From an uncultured Candidatus Rokubacteria bacterium (GTDB lineage: Bacteria > Methylomirabilota > Methylomirabilia > Rokubacteriales > CSP1-6): a stretch of 64,000 nt of DNA. Where the stretch lies: assembly GCA_963747235.1 (NCBI GenBank), contig CAVVEU010000008.1, positions 512,001-576,000 on the forward strand. The letters are read 5' to 3'. Positions 52,509 through 63,040 of the stretch are shown here, in pieces (within the stretch, counting starts at the first letter, position 1; each line of letters opens with the position of its first letter). Under the pieces are notes generated by a model that worked only from the letters and a program-made list of their open reading frames with translations, ran no database searches and had not been told where the DNA came from. The position numbers were made by a program, and so were the translations under genes.

Positions 52509-54044
52509 ATGAGAATTCAACTGGACCGGGGTACCGGGGGGGCGGGCAGGGCATCGCTGTCGCGCCAGATCCAGCTCCACTTCGAGCGGCTGATCAGCCA
52601 GGGCCTGCTGGCGGCCGGGATGAAGCTGCCGGCCAGCCGCGAGCTGGCCCGCGAGCTGGGGGTCAATCGCACGACGGTGGCCCTGGCCTACGACGAGCTG
52701 GTGGCGGGCGGGTGGGCCCGGGCCCACGTGGGGCAGGGGACGTTCGTCGCCGATCGCGTCCCCGCGACCGCCGGCATCACGCGGCCCGCGGCGCCGCGGC
52801 TCGACTGGACTCCGTTCCTCTCCAAGGGCGCCCAGGTGATCGCGGCGGACAGCCGCCGGCGGCGCGGCTACAGCCAGGTGCCGCAGCCCGGGCCGGGCGC
52901 CATCTCGTTCGCGGGGGGCATGCCCGACAGCGGGCTCTTCCCCACCGATGCGTTCCGGCGCGTGCTCAACCGCGTGATCCGCGAGGAAGGGCGGGAGCTG
53001 CTGCAGTACTACCCGGGGCGCGGCTATCCGCCGCTCCGCGAGTTCCTGGCCGGCTACCTGCTGCGCTTCGGGCTCGAGGTCCGCCCCGAGGAGATCCTGA
53101 TCGTCAACGGCTCGCAGCAGGGCTTCGACCTGGTCGCGCGGACCCTGCTGGATCCCGGCGACTTCGTCGCGATCGAGGAGCCGTCCTATCCGCGCGCCAT
53201 GCAGGTGTTCCGCGCGTTCGGGGCCCAGCTCCTCCCCGTACCCATGCGGGACGGGGGGCTCGATCCCGAGCACCTCGACCGGCTGCTCGAGCGGCAGTCG
53301 CCGAAGCTGCTCTACTGCCAGCCCAGCGCCCACAATCCCACCGGGCTCACGATGCGGCCCGACGCGCGGAAGCGGCTCCTGGAGGTGGCGGCGCGGCATC
53401 GGCTGCCCATCATGGAGGACGGCTTCGACGGCAGCCTGTTCTTCGGCCCGCAGCCGCCGGCGCCGCTCAAGGCGCTCGACGTCTCGGGGCTCGTCATCTA
53501 TATCGGGACGTTCTCCAAGATCCTGTTCCCCGGACTGCGCCTCGGCTGGATCGTGGCCGCCCCGGAGCTGATCGACCGCCTGGAAGTCGCCAAGGACCTG
53601 GCCGACATCCACACGAGCCCCCTCATCCAGGCCGCGGTCTACCATTTCTGCCGGCAGCGCCTGCTCGACCGTCACCAGGCAAAGGTCCTGCGCGAGTACA
53701 GCCGCCGCCGCGCCGCGCTGCTGGCATCGCTCGCCCGGCGCATGCCGGCCGGCGTGACGTGGACCGAGAACGAGGGTGGCTTCTCGCTGCTGGTGACGCT
53801 GCCCGCGGGGCTGGACGCCGCGCCGCTGCTCGAGCGCGCCGCGGCGCGCGGGGTGATCTTCACGCCCGGGAACGCGTTCTTCGTGGACGGTGGCGGCGAG
53901 CGGACGCTGCGGCTGTCCTTCTCGGCGCTGCCGCTGGCCCAGATCGACGAGGGCATCAAGCGGCTCGCCGAGATCATTCGTGACGTGCAGCGCCAGCCGG
54001 AGCCGGTGGGCCTCGTGGCCGCCCCGGCCGTGCCGCTGGTCTAG
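52509..54044 (+). CDS. MocR/GabR-family PLP-dependent regulator (PdxR-like)
   Basis: GntR HTH LPASRELARELGVNRTTV plus aminotransferase domain GTFSKILFPGLRLGW; upstream of pdxS/pdxT. Confidence 0.92.
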   Translation: MRIQLDRGTGGAGRASLSRQIQLHFERLISQGLLAAGMKLPASRELARELGVNRTTVALAYDELVAGGWARAHVGQGTFVADRVPATAGITRPAAPRLDWTPFLSKGAQVIAADSRRRRGYSQVPQPGPGAISFAGGMPDSGLFPTDAFRRVLNRVIREEGRELLQYYPGRGYPPLREFLAGYLLRFGLEVRPEEILIVNGSQQGFDLVARTLLDPGDFVAIEEPSYPRAMQVFRAFGAQLLPVPMRDGGLDPEHLDRLLERQSPKLLYCQPSAHNPTGLTMRPDARKRLLEVAARHRLPIMEDGFDGSLFFGPQPPAPLKALDVSGLVIYIGTFSKILFPGLRLGWIVAAPELIDRLEVAKDLADIHTSPLIQAAVYHFCRQRLLDRHQAKVLREYSRRRAALLASLARRMPAGVTWTENEGGFSLLVTLPAGLDAAPLLERAAARGVIFTPGNAFFVDGGGERTLRLSFSALPLAQIDEGIKRLAEIIRDVQRQPEPVGLVAAPAVPLV

Positions 54045-54053
54045 GAGGCGATC

Positions 54054-55217
54054 GTGGATTTCCACACCCTCGCGGCCCGCGGTGGCCGTGACGTGCCCTC
54101 GGCCAGCCGGCCCCTGACGCCCCCTATCTACCAGACCAACGTGTACGTGTTCGAGGACATGGACACCGTCGAGTCGGTGTGGGAGAGCAAGAAGCCGGGC
54201 TTCGTCTACGGCCGCTACGGCACCGGGAACCACGCCATGCTCGAGGAGCTGGTGGCCGCGCTCGAGGGCGCGGAGGCGGCGGTGGCGTGCGCCTCCGGCA
54301 TGGGCGCCACCACCGCGCTGCTGTTCGGGCTCTTCGCGCCCGGCGATCACCTGGTCTCGGCGCGCGATCTCTACGGCTCCACCGCCGCCTTCCTGGGCGA
54401 CGAGGGCCGCCGGCTCGGCGTCGAGACCGATTTCGTGGACGCGACCGACATCGGGGCGATCGTCAGGGCGCTGCGGCCGACCACGCGCGCGGTCTTCGTG
54501 GAGGCGATGTCGAATCCGCTGCTGCGGCTCGTGGACGTGCCCGCGCTCGCGCCCGAGCTGGCGCGCCGCGGGATCGACCTGATCGTGGACGCGTCGATGG
54601 CGTCGCCCGCGGTCTTCCGTCCGCTCGAGCACGGGGCGACCATGGTCATGCACAGCCTGACCAAGTTCATCTCCGGCCACGGCGACGTCACCGGCGGGCT
54701 CGTGGCCGGCCGCGCCGAGCCGATGGGCCGCGTCCGCAACGCGATGATCCGCGCCGGCACCAACCTGGGCCCGTTCGATGCCTGGCTGGCGACCCGCGGC
54801 GCCCGCACCCTCGCGGTGCGCATGGAGCGGCAGTGCGCCACCGCGCTGGCCCTGGCCCAGGGCCTCGAGCGGCTGCCCGCGGTGTCGCGCGTCTACTATC
54901 CGGGCCTGGCGTCGCATCCCCAGCACGCGCTCGCGGGGCGCCTGATGCCGAAGCTCGGCGGCGCCATGGTCTCCTTCGACCTGCGCGGCGGCGCGCCGGC
55001 GGTGGAGCGCTTCATGGCGCGGGCGCGGCTGCTCGAGTTCGCGCCGAGCTTCGGCGACGTGGCCACCACGTGGACCTATCCGGCCCGCACGTCGCACCGG
55101 CGCGTCTCCGACGAGGAGAAGGCCGCGATGGGAATCGGCGCCGGGCTGGTCCGGGTGTCGGTCGGGCTCGAGGACGCGGCCGAGCTGATGGCCGATCTCG
55201 AGGGAGCCGTCGCGTGA
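54054..55217 (+). CDS. Cys/Met-metabolism PLP enzyme (cystathionine gamma-synthase/lyase family)
   Basis: [32 protein letters not shown]. Confidence 0.88.
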   Translation: MDFHTLAARGGRDVPSASRPLTPPIYQTNVYVFEDMDTVESVWESKKPGFVYGRYGTGNHAMLEELVAALEGAEAAVACASGMGATTALLFGLFAPGDHLVSARDLYGSTAAFLGDEGRRLGVETDFVDATDIGAIVRALRPTTRAVFVEAMSNPLLRLVDVPALAPELARRGIDLIVDASMASPAVFRPLEHGATMVMHSLTKFISGHGDVTGGLVAGRAEPMGRVRNAMIRAGTNLGPFDAWLATRGARTLAVRMERQCATALALAQGLERLPAVSRVYYPGLASHPQHALAGRLMPKLGGAMVSFDLRGGAPAVERFMARARLLEFAPSFGDVATTWTYPARTSHRRVSDEEKAAMGIGAGLVRVSVGLEDAAELMADLEGAVA

Positions 55218-55870
55218 GCGCGGTCGGAGTGGAGCGCGCGCCGTCGGCGGTGACGCCGGTCACCCTGGAAGGCCGCTGGGTCCGGCTCGAGCCCCTCAGC
55301 CGGTCGCACGCGGCGGGCGTGCTCGCCGCCGCCTCGGGCGCGCGGGACACCTACGGCTTCACGCTGGTGCCCGGGACCGCGGCCGAGACCACCGCGTACA
55401 TCGACGGCGCGCTCGCCGAGCAGGACGCGGGCCGCGCGCTGCCGTTCGCGACGGTGGACCGGGCGCGGGGCGTGGTCGTCGGCTGCACGCGGCTCTTCAA
55501 CATCGAGTTCTGGCCGTGGCCGCCCGGCAACGCCAATCAGCGCGGCGCGGACCGGCCCGACGTGGTCGAGATCGGCTGGACCTGGCTGTCCGGCGCCGCG
55601 CAGCGGACCCCGATCAACACCGAGGCGAAGCTCTTGATGCTGACCCACGCGTTCGATCACTGGCGCGTCCATCGCGTGAGCCTCATGACCGACGCGCGCA
55701 ATCAGCGCTCGCGGAACGCGATCCTGCGCCTGGGCGCCCGGTTCGACGGCGTGCTGCGGGCGGCCCGGCCCGCGAGCGACGGCGCCATTCGCGACACCGC
55801 GGCCTTCTCCATCCTGGACGCGGAGTGGCCCGCGGTCCGGGCCAATCTCGAAGCGCGACTTACGCAGTGA
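55214..55870 (+). CDS. GNAT (RimJ/RimL-type) N-acetyltransferase
   Basis: [39 protein letters not shown]. Confidence 0.88.
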   Translation: MSAVGVERAPSAVTPVTLEGRWVRLEPLSRSHAAGVLAAASGARDTYGFTLVPGTAAETTAYIDGALAEQDAGRALPFATVDRARGVVVGCTRLFNIEFWPWPPGNANQRGADRPDVVEIGWTWLSGAAQRTPINTEAKLLMLTHAFDHWRVHRVSLMTDARNQRSRNAILRLGARFDGVLRAARPASDGAIRDTAAFSILDAEWPAVRANLEARLTQ

Positions 55871-55872
55871 CC

Positions 55873-55894
55873 CGAGTACATCACGAGTACATCA
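55873..55894 (+). repeat. 11-bp tandem duplication upstream of the pdxS RBS
   Basis: CGAGTACATCA repeated twice. Confidence 0.55.
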
Positions 55895-55908
55895 AAGGAG
55901 ACGAGGAC

Positions 55909-56790
55909 ATGGAAAGCGGAACGCCGAGACTGAAGGTGGGGCTGGCCGAGATGCTGAAGGGGGGCGTCATCATGGACGTCACCAACGCCGAGCAGGCCAA
56001 GATCGCCGAGGACGCGGGGGCGGTCGCGGTGATGGCGCTCGAGCGCGTGCCGTCGGACATCCGCAAGGAAGGCGGAGTGGCCCGCATGTCGCCGGTCACC
56101 AAGATCAAGGAGATCCAGAAGGCGGTCACGATCCCGGTGATGGCCAAGTGCCGGATCGGCCACTTCGTGGAGGCCCAGATCCTCGAGTCGCTCGGGGTGG
56201 ATTTCATCGACGAGTCCGAGGTGCTGACCCCCGCCGACGAGCACTTCCACGTGGACAAGTTCGCCTTCAAGGTGCCCTTCGTCTGCGGGTCGCGCGACCT
56301 GGGCGAGTGCCTGCGCCGCATCGGCGAGGGTGCGGCCATGATGCGCACCAAGGGCGAGGCCGGCTCCGGCAACATCGTGGAGGCGGTGCGCCACATGCGC
56401 GCGGTGACGTCGGGCATCCGCCGGCTCACCCTGCTGGGCCCCGAGGAGCTGATGACCGAGGCCAAGAACCTGGGCGCGCCGTACGACATCGTGCGCTGGG
56501 TGGCCAAGAGCGGGCACCTGCCGGTGCCGAACTTCTCCGCGGGCGGCATCGCCACCCCGGCCGACGCGGCGCTCATGATGCAGCTCGGCGCCGAGGCGGT
56601 CTTCGTCGGCTCCGGCATCTTCAAGTCGTCGGACCCGGCGGTGCGGGCCAAGGCCATCGTGCAGGCCACCACGCACTTCAAGGATCCCGACGTGCTGGCC
56701 AAGGTCTCCGAAGGTCTCGGCGACGCGATGCCCGGCATCGAGACGTCCAAGCTGAAAGAATCGGAGCTGCTCCAGACCAGAGGCTGGTAG
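55909..56790 (+). CDS. pdxS: Pyridoxal 5'-phosphate synthase subunit PdxS
   Basis: [44 protein letters not shown]. Confidence 0.97.
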   Translation: MESGTPRLKVGLAEMLKGGVIMDVTNAEQAKIAEDAGAVAVMALERVPSDIRKEGGVARMSPVTKIKEIQKAVTIPVMAKCRIGHFVEAQILESLGVDFIDESEVLTPADEHFHVDKFAFKVPFVCGSRDLGECLRRIGEGAAMMRTKGEAGSGNIVEAVRHMRAVTSGIRRLTLLGPEELMTEAKNLGAPYDIVRWVAKSGHLPVPNFSAGGIATPADAALMMQLGAEAVFVGSGIFKSSDPAVRAKAIVQATTHFKDPDVLAKVSEGLGDAMPGIETSKLKESELLQTRGW

Positions 56791-57441
56791 TGGCCGAGAC
56801 CTCCACCAATCTCCACCAGCTACCGCCAAACCTGCCGGCGCCAGTAGACGACGGCGCCTGCGACCACCTCCCGGGGTCGCGGGTGCCGTCCGTCCGTCTC
56901 GCGTCGACAGGAGGGCGGGGTGGTGGACCTGGCGGAGGCCGCGGCAACAGCCCGCGGTGCTTCTTCTTCTACCCGCGGACCGGCGAGCCCGGGAAGGCCG
57001 CCGGTCCGGAGTGGGACGCGATTCCGGGTGCCCGCGGCTGCACGCCCCAGAGCTGCGGGTTCCGCGATCTCCACCGCGAGTTCACGAAGCTCGGGGTCGC
57101 CGTCTTCGGCATCAGCACGCAGGAGACCGACTACCAGCGGCGAGTTCGTCGCGCGCAACCACGTGCCCTTCGAGCTCCTGAGCGATCGGGACCTGCTGCT
57201 CACCCGCGCGCTCCGCCTGCCGACTTTCGAGTACTCGGTGGAGCGGGGCGAGTACGCGGTGGAGCGGGGCGGCCCGACAACCTTGATCAAGCGCATGGCG
57301 TGGTTCGTCGAGCGCGGATCGATCGAGCGGATCTGGTATCCGGTCTTCCCGCCGGACCGGAATGCCGAGACGGTGCTCGCGTGGCTCCACGAGCGCGGGC
57401 GCGTGCTCGAGCTCGGGCGCGGAGAGGTCAAGCTGGCGTGA
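56790..57441 (+). CDS. Peroxiredoxin (redoxin/BCP-like); frameshifts ~56920-56960 and ~57140
   Basis: PVDDGACDHL, YPRTG, GARGCTPQSC, FELLSD, YPVFPPD. Confidence 0.82.
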
Positions 57442-58016
57442 AGATCGGCGTCCTGGCCCTACAGGGGGACTTCAGCCTCCACCGGAAGTCGCTCGACCGG
57501 CTCGGGGTGGAGTCCGTCGAGGTGCGCATGCCGCGCCAGCTCGAGGACGTGGGCGGATTGATCATGCCGGGGGGCGAGAGCACCACGCTGCTCAAGCTCA
57601 TGGACGCCTGGGACTTCGTACCCGCGCTCGAGAAGTTCCACGCGGCCGGGCGGCCCATCTTCGGGACCTGCGCCGGGATGATCCTCCTCGCCCGTGAGGT
57701 GCAGAGCCCGGCCCAGTTCTCGCTGGGCTTCATCGATCTCACCGTCGAGCGGAACGCCTACGGCCGCCAGAAGGAGTCGTTCGAGGCGGTGGGCTCGGCC
57801 GATCTGGGGGCAGGGCCGCGCCCGCTCAAGATGGTCTTCATCCGGGCGCCCCGGATCCGTCGCCTCGGCCCCACGGTCACGCCGCTGGCCGAGCACCGGG
57901 AAGAATGCGTGATGGCCCGGCAGGGGAGCGTGGTCGTGGCCGCCTTCCACCCCGAGATGACCGACGAGACCACCGTCCACGAGTACTTCGCCGGGATGGT
58001 GCGCGCCACCGGCTAG
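57438..58016 (+). CDS. pdxT: Pyridoxal 5'-phosphate synthase glutaminase subunit PdxT
   Basis: GVLALQGDF, PGGEST, GTCAG, RNAYGRQ, FIRAP, FHPE. Confidence 0.95.
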   Translation: MKIGVLALQGDFSLHRKSLDRLGVESVEVRMPRQLEDVGGLIMPGGESTTLLKLMDAWDFVPALEKFHAAGRPIFGTCAGMILLAREVQSPAQFSLGFIDLTVERNAYGRQKESFEAVGSADLGAGPRPLKMVFIRAPRIRRLGPTVTPLAEHREECVMARQGSVVVAAFHPEMTDETTVHEYFAGMVRATG

Positions 58017-58662
58017 GCGTCCTTCGGCTCCAGCAGCTCCACCGGGTCGCCCACCGCGATCCGGCCCCCGCTGACCACCGCGCAGTCGAGCGCCATCTGC
58101 CCCCCGAACTCGGAGGCGATCCGCCGGAGCACCGAGAGGTCTTGCTCCAGGGTGTCCGGATCGTACGTGGTCATCACGCACCGCGACCGGAGCTTGGCGA
58201 CGGACGCGACCGCGCCCCCGATCCGCAGCCGGTGCCCGGGCCAGCCGCGCTCCGCCAGCCCCTCCACCCCGCCCACGACGATGTTGGGGCGCAGCCGGCG
58301 GTGGTCCACGCCGAGCTCCGCGAAGGCCCCATCGGTGCCGATCAGGAGCGGCAGGACGTCGAACCGCTCCGGGCCGTCGTAGCGGACCAGGTGGGCCTTC
58401 GGCCCCGCCGCGGACCGGACGGCCTCCGCGATCTCAGGGTCGTCCCAGGCCTTCCCGTTGACCAGCGGCTCGCCACCGGGGCCAGGGTCGCACGCAGGCC
58501 GAGCAGGCGGGGATGGGTCCGGGACGTGATGATCCGGCCGCCGGGTCCCGCGACGAGCACGATGCGATCGCCGACGATGCCCGCCTCGGTGACCTCCGCG
58601 GTCTCGATCCGCTCGCCGGCCATGGACTTCACCGGGTATCGCCACAGCTCCTGAATCCACAT
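58013..58662 (-). CDS. MOSC domain protein; frameshift ~58470
   Basis: WRYPVKSMAGE, GDR, RRLRPNIVV, RCVMTTYDPDT, GRIAVGD. Confidence 0.88.
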
Positions 58663-58682
58663 GGGCCGCCCTCCTCTCGTGC

Positions 58683-58710
58683 TAACCTCTTTGAGTAGAA
58701 AAAGAGGTTA
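58683..58710. promoter_or_regulatory. Palindromic operator between MOSC and CGNR genes
   Basis: TAACCTCTTT-N8-AAAGAGGTTA perfect inverted repeat. Confidence 0.65.
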
Positions 58711-58761
58711 ATGGATTCGGGCTCGGTTCAGATATAAATTAGTCCGTCTGACCAGATACTT

Positions 58762-59379
58762 ATGGAGATAGTTCGAAGGGAAGTTCTCAAGATCGGCGGC
58801 GACCTCGCGGTCGAGTTCGCCAATACCGTCTCCTCGCCGGCGGGCTCCACCGGCGCGCTCCAGTCCTGGAGCGACCTCATCGACTTTCTCGCGCTGCGCG
58901 GAGGCCTGGCGCCCGGCGACGGAGCCATGCTCCGGGCGATGGGCGCGACGGACGCCCGCCGCTGCGCCGGGGCCTTCGCCCAGGCCCTGCGCCTCCGCGA
59001 GACGATCCGGGCCATGCTCGGCGCCATGGCCAGCAAGCGGCCCCTGCGCGCCGAGTGGGTTGCCGAGGTCAACGAAGCGCTTGCAGCCGGGGCTGGCCCG
59101 TCCCGGCTCCTCCGGCAGGATGGCGGGTGGCGGCTCGGCCTGTCGCCGGGCCCGGCCGGTCCCCTGCAGGCCCTGGCCCCGATCGCCCGCGCCATCGCCG
59201 ATCTGGCCGTGTCGGGCCGGAGCGTGGAGATCGGCAAGTGCGCGAACCCACGCTGCGTGCTCTACTTCCGTGACCGATCGCGGACCCGTCGCCGGCGCTG
59301 GTGCTCGATGTCCGTCTGCGGCAACCGGATGAAGGTGGCCGCCCACGTGCGCCGCCACGGCCGCCGCCGCTCCGCCTAG
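58762..59379 (+). CDS. ABATE/CGNR zinc-finger protein
   Basis: LAVEFANT; CANPRC...DRSR...RRWCSMSVCGNRMK. Confidence 0.92.
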   Translation: MEIVRREVLKIGGDLAVEFANTVSSPAGSTGALQSWSDLIDFLALRGGLAPGDGAMLRAMGATDARRCAGAFAQALRLRETIRAMLGAMASKRPLRAEWVAEVNEALAAGAGPSRLLRQDGGWRLGLSPGPAGPLQALAPIARAIADLAVSGRSVEIGKCANPRCVLYFRDRSRTRRRRWCSMSVCGNRMKVAAHVRRHGRRRSA

Positions 59380-59477
59380 CCTGCTTTGCCCTTGACAGCC
59401 CCCCGGGGGCGAGGGCAAGGTATGGTCCGACCAGCCGACCAGCGGCTCACCGGACGCGCGTTTCGAGGAGGAAGGGC

Positions 59478-60683
59478 ATGGCTCACTTCACCTGCGAGGT
59501 CGTCTACCGCGGCATCTTCCAGAAGAACCTGGCGGCCAGAATATGCCGGGGGATCGTGCTCTCGGCACGCAAGGCCGGCCGGTGGGGGATCGCGTTCGGG
59601 CGCTACGGGGACAGCCCCCAGCGCAACGGGATCCCCGCCAAGGACTTCGCGATCGTCGCGGACACGCAGGAAGAGCTCGAGCAGAACATGGCCCGCTACG
59701 AGCCCAAGGAAGTGGACGTCACGATCTGCGTGGACGACACCCTGTCCAAGGGCGTGGAATCCTGGGCCTGGTACGGGCTCCAGCCGATCAACCGGCTGAC
59801 CGTCTCCGGCGGCACCGTGCTGATGACCTCGCTGCAGAACCCGGCCCAGCTCCTGAAGGACATCCACAAGAAGGACGCGCCATATAACCTGGCCCTCATC
59901 CGGGCCAAGGCCTCGTTCTCCGGGCTCTGGGTCTACAAGGAAGACCACACCGAGGCGCGGATCCTGGGCGCCCTGGCCCGGATCCAGCCCGAGTTCCTGT
60001 CGCTGGACGCGGTGTGCCAGGCCATCAAGGAGGCCGAGTGGGGCTCCGATCTCAAGGTGGCCTCGGCCCGCAAGGCCCACGAGCGCCTGGAGACCCAGCC
60101 GATCAAGATCACCGAGGGCAATGCGGAGACCCCGTTCTCCTTCGAGAAGCCGAAGTGGTGGGAGATGCGCGAGGGTGTGACCATCCCGGCCATCCCCATC
60201 GGCAAGCCGATGGAGGGGGGCAAGGGCTACGTGCCCGAGCGCAACCCGTACTTCAAGAAGTTCACCACCCGCACGATGCGGCCGGTGATCGACTTCGACA
60301 AGTGCGTGAAGTGCACCCTCTGCTGGATCCAGTGCCCCGACTCCTGCTTCGACGTCACCCCGGACGGCCTCTACGACGCCAACATGGAATCCTGCTGCGG
60401 CTGCGGCGTCTGCGAGGCGGTGTGCCCGGCCAAGGAATGCGTGACCATGGTGCGCGAGGACGCCTTCGAGGACAACGCGAGCCAGTGGGAGATGTGGCGT
60501 ACCGACAAGGCCACGTACACGACGTGGATGACCGACAAGATCCACAGCAAGGAGCACATCACCCGGTCCCACGGGTTCCGATTCCGCGGCCAGTACGAGG
60601 AAGAGATCAAGCAGGAGCTGGAGTCGGGCGGCATCGAGATCACTGCGGGCATTCCCGGCGAGAACGCCGACTCGAAGAAGTAG
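59478..60683 (+). CDS. 2-oxoacid:ferredoxin oxidoreductase fused gamma/delta subunit (oxalate oxidoreductase delta-like)
   Basis: Gamma-like N-domain (YGDSPQRNGIP); RPVIDFDKCVKCTLCWIQCP and CCGCGVCEAVCP 2x[4Fe-4S]. Confidence 0.85.
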   Translation: MAHFTCEVVYRGIFQKNLAARICRGIVLSARKAGRWGIAFGRYGDSPQRNGIPAKDFAIVADTQEELEQNMARYEPKEVDVTICVDDTLSKGVESWAWYGLQPINRLTVSGGTVLMTSLQNPAQLLKDIHKKDAPYNLALIRAKASFSGLWVYKEDHTEARILGALARIQPEFLSLDAVCQAIKEAEWGSDLKVASARKAHERLETQPIKITEGNAETPFSFEKPKWWEMREGVTIPAIPIGKPMEGGKGYVPERNPYFKKFTTRTMRPVIDFDKCVKCTLCWIQCPDSCFDVTPDGLYDANMESCCGCGVCEAVCPAKECVTMVREDAFEDNASQWEMWRTDKATYTTWMTDKIHSKEHITRSHGFRFRGQYEEEIKQELESGGIEITAGIPGENADSKK

Positions 60684-60698
60684 GGGAGGACTGAGACC

Positions 60699-61927
60699 AT
60701 GGCCGTCGAGACCAAGCCCGCAGGAGCAGTCGCCGACCACAAGGAGATGCTGATCTCCGGCAGCGAGGCCTGCGCCGAGGCGCTGACCCTGGCCGATATC
60801 GACGTGGTGACCGCGTACCCGATCCGGCCCTACGACACCGTCATGCAGGCCATCGCCAAGAAGATCGCCAACGGCCACCTGGAGGCGGAATACATCGTCG
60901 CCGAGGGCGAGCACAGCCAGTTCGAGATCGTCAAGCACGCCTCCACGGTGGGGGCGCGCGTGTTCTGCGGCTCCTCCGGCGTCGGCTGGATGTACGCGAT
61001 GGAGTGCCTCGTCGTCACCCCGCCGCTGCGCGTGCCGATGGTCTGCATGGTCGGCAACCGGGCGCTCGACGATCCGGGCGCCTTCGGCGTCGAGCACAAC
61101 GACGCGCTGGTCGTCCGCGACCTGGGCTGGATGCTGATCTGGGTGGATACCGCCCAGGAGATGCTCGACACCACGCTGCTCGCCTACCGCATCGCGGAGG
61201 ACCGGCGCGTGTTCCTGCCCATCGCGATCTCCGCGGACGGCGCCTTCCTCACGCACTCCCAGACCATCTGTCAGGTGCCGAGCCGGGCCCTGGTGGACAA
61301 GTTCCTCCCGCGCTACGACCGGGGCGACCTGCAGCTACATCCGGACAACCCGATCACGGTGGCGCCCCAGGCCAACGAGGACTGGGTCATCGAGATCCGG
61401 CGCCAGAACGACGAGGCGATGAAGCGGGCCAGCACCGTGATCGAGGAGGCCTACGCGGACTTCCGCAAGATCATGGGCCGCGCGCCCGAGAACCCGTGGT
61501 TCGAGGAGTACATGACCGAGGACGCGGAGATCATCCTGGTCGGCATGGGGACGATCTCGCTGCCGATGAAGGTCGGCATTCGCAACATGCGGGCGCAGGG
61601 CAAGAAGGTCGGCCTGGTGCGGCCGCGGTGGTTCCGCCCGTTCCCGACCGACCGGCTGGTGAAGGCCCTCTCGAAGGCTTCGGCCATCGGCGTCATCGAC
61701 CGCGACTATTCCTTCGGCTCGCCCTTCAATTCGGGGGTGGTCGCCAACGAGATCCGTGCCGCCATGTACAATGCGGACAAGCGCCCGCCGCTGCTCAGCT
61801 TCATCTGCGGGCTCGGCGGCCGTGAGGTCACCCTGGAAGACGTCGCCAAGGCCGCGGACATGTGCTACGCGGCCGCGAAGGCCGGGAAGTCCGACCCCAA
61901 GACGCATTGGCTCGGCGTCGAGAGTAG
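60699..61927 (+). CDS. 2-oxoacid:ferredoxin oxidoreductase alpha subunit (oxalate oxidoreductase-like); terminal frameshift extends ORF to 62108 as sequenced
   Basis: YPIRP, EGEHS, GSSGVG, NRALDDPGAFG, RPFP, GLGGRE. Confidence 0.88.
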
Positions 61928-61931
61928 CGCT

Positions 61932-61964
61932 GCGAGCCGCAGCCGCAGGCGAGGCGAGCGAATA
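61932..61964 (+). repeat. Second copy of the 33-bp structured element
   Basis: GCGAGCCGCAGCCGCAGGCGAGGCGAGCGAATA, 30/33 identical to the reverse complement of 31882-31914. Confidence 0.7.
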
Positions 61965-61978
61965 CTAGGGAGACCTAC

Positions 61979-62989
61979 ATGGCTGACACCGCATTCACGA
62001 ACGCGACGCAGATCCTGGAGCCCTTCAAGGGCGTCAAGAAGGTCACGATCGAGGAGTACTTCACCTCCGGTCACCGCACCTGCCAGGGCTGCGAGTCGGC
62101 CCTCGTGATGAAGCTCATGGTCAAGGCCGCGGGCCCGCGCACGATCGTGCTCGGCTCGACCGGCTGCATGTACGTGGCCAACACCACGTACTACACGACC
62201 CCGTGGGTGGTGCCGTGGATGCACACCCAGCTCGGCTCGTCGGGCTCGGCCGCGCTCGGCACCGCGGCCGGACTCAAGGCCCTCATGAAGAAGGGGAAGA
62301 TGAAGTCGGAGCCCATCAACGTCATCGCCTTCTGCGGCGACGGCGGCGGCGCCGACATGGGGCTGGGCGCGATCTCGGCGACGCTGACCCACAAGGAGTA
62401 CAACTCGCTGATCCTGATGTACGACAACGAGTCGTACGCCAACACCGACATCCAGCTCTCGGGCTCCACGCCGTACGGCGCGAACACCACGTTCAGCCCG
62501 CCCGGCTCGGTCAAGCGCATCATCCACACCCGCTGGAAGAAGAACACCGCGGGCATGCTGGCGGCCGGGCACCCGGAGTGCCGGTACGTGGCCACGGTGG
62601 ACGCCTCCTACGCGGTCGAGATGATGAACAAGGTCCGGAAGGCGCTCACCATCGGCGGGCCGACCTTCATCCACTCGCTCGACCCGTGCCCGAAGGGCTG
62701 GGACTACGACCCGATGCTCTCCCACGAGCTCGGCGAGCTGGCCGTCGAGACCGGCGTCTTCCCGCTCTACGAGGTCGAGGACGGGGTGGTGCGGCACTAC
62801 GGCAAGACCAAGGCCATCGTGGAGGGCCGTCCCCGCAAGCCCGTCCGCGAGTACCTGCTCAAGCAGGGCCGCTTCGCCCACTTCACCGAGGAAGACCTCG
62901 ACTACTTCCAGTCCAAGGTGGACGAGATGTGGGACAAGTGGGAGATCCCGGGCGTGATCCCGTTCTGGAAGGAGCGCCCCGGCAACTAA
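61979..62989 (+). CDS. 2-oxoacid:ferredoxin oxidoreductase beta (TPP-binding) subunit (oxalate oxidoreductase-like)
   Basis: GHRTCQGC, TGCMYVAN, GDGG...YDNESYANT, PCPKGW. Confidence 0.92.
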   Translation: MADTAFTNATQILEPFKGVKKVTIEEYFTSGHRTCQGCESALVMKLMVKAAGPRTIVLGSTGCMYVANTTYYTTPWVVPWMHTQLGSSGSAALGTAAGLKALMKKGKMKSEPINVIAFCGDGGGADMGLGAISATLTHKEYNSLILMYDNESYANTDIQLSGSTPYGANTTFSPPGSVKRIIHTRWKKNTAGMLAAGHPECRYVATVDASYAVEMMNKVRKALTIGGPTFIHSLDPCPKGWDYDPMLSHELGELAVETGVFPLYEVEDGVVRHYGKTKAIVEGRPRKPVREYLLKQGRFAHFTEEDLDYFQSKVDEMWDKWEIPGVIPFWKERPGN

Positions 62990-63040
62990 CGCCCGCCGAA
63001 TCAAGCAGCGAACGGCCGGCCCCGACCTCGAGGAGGGGAC

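Noticed and set aside
59392-59426. TTGACA...TATGGT promoter for the OFOR operon
   Set aside because: The spacer is 23 nt, too long for sigma-70 as sequenced
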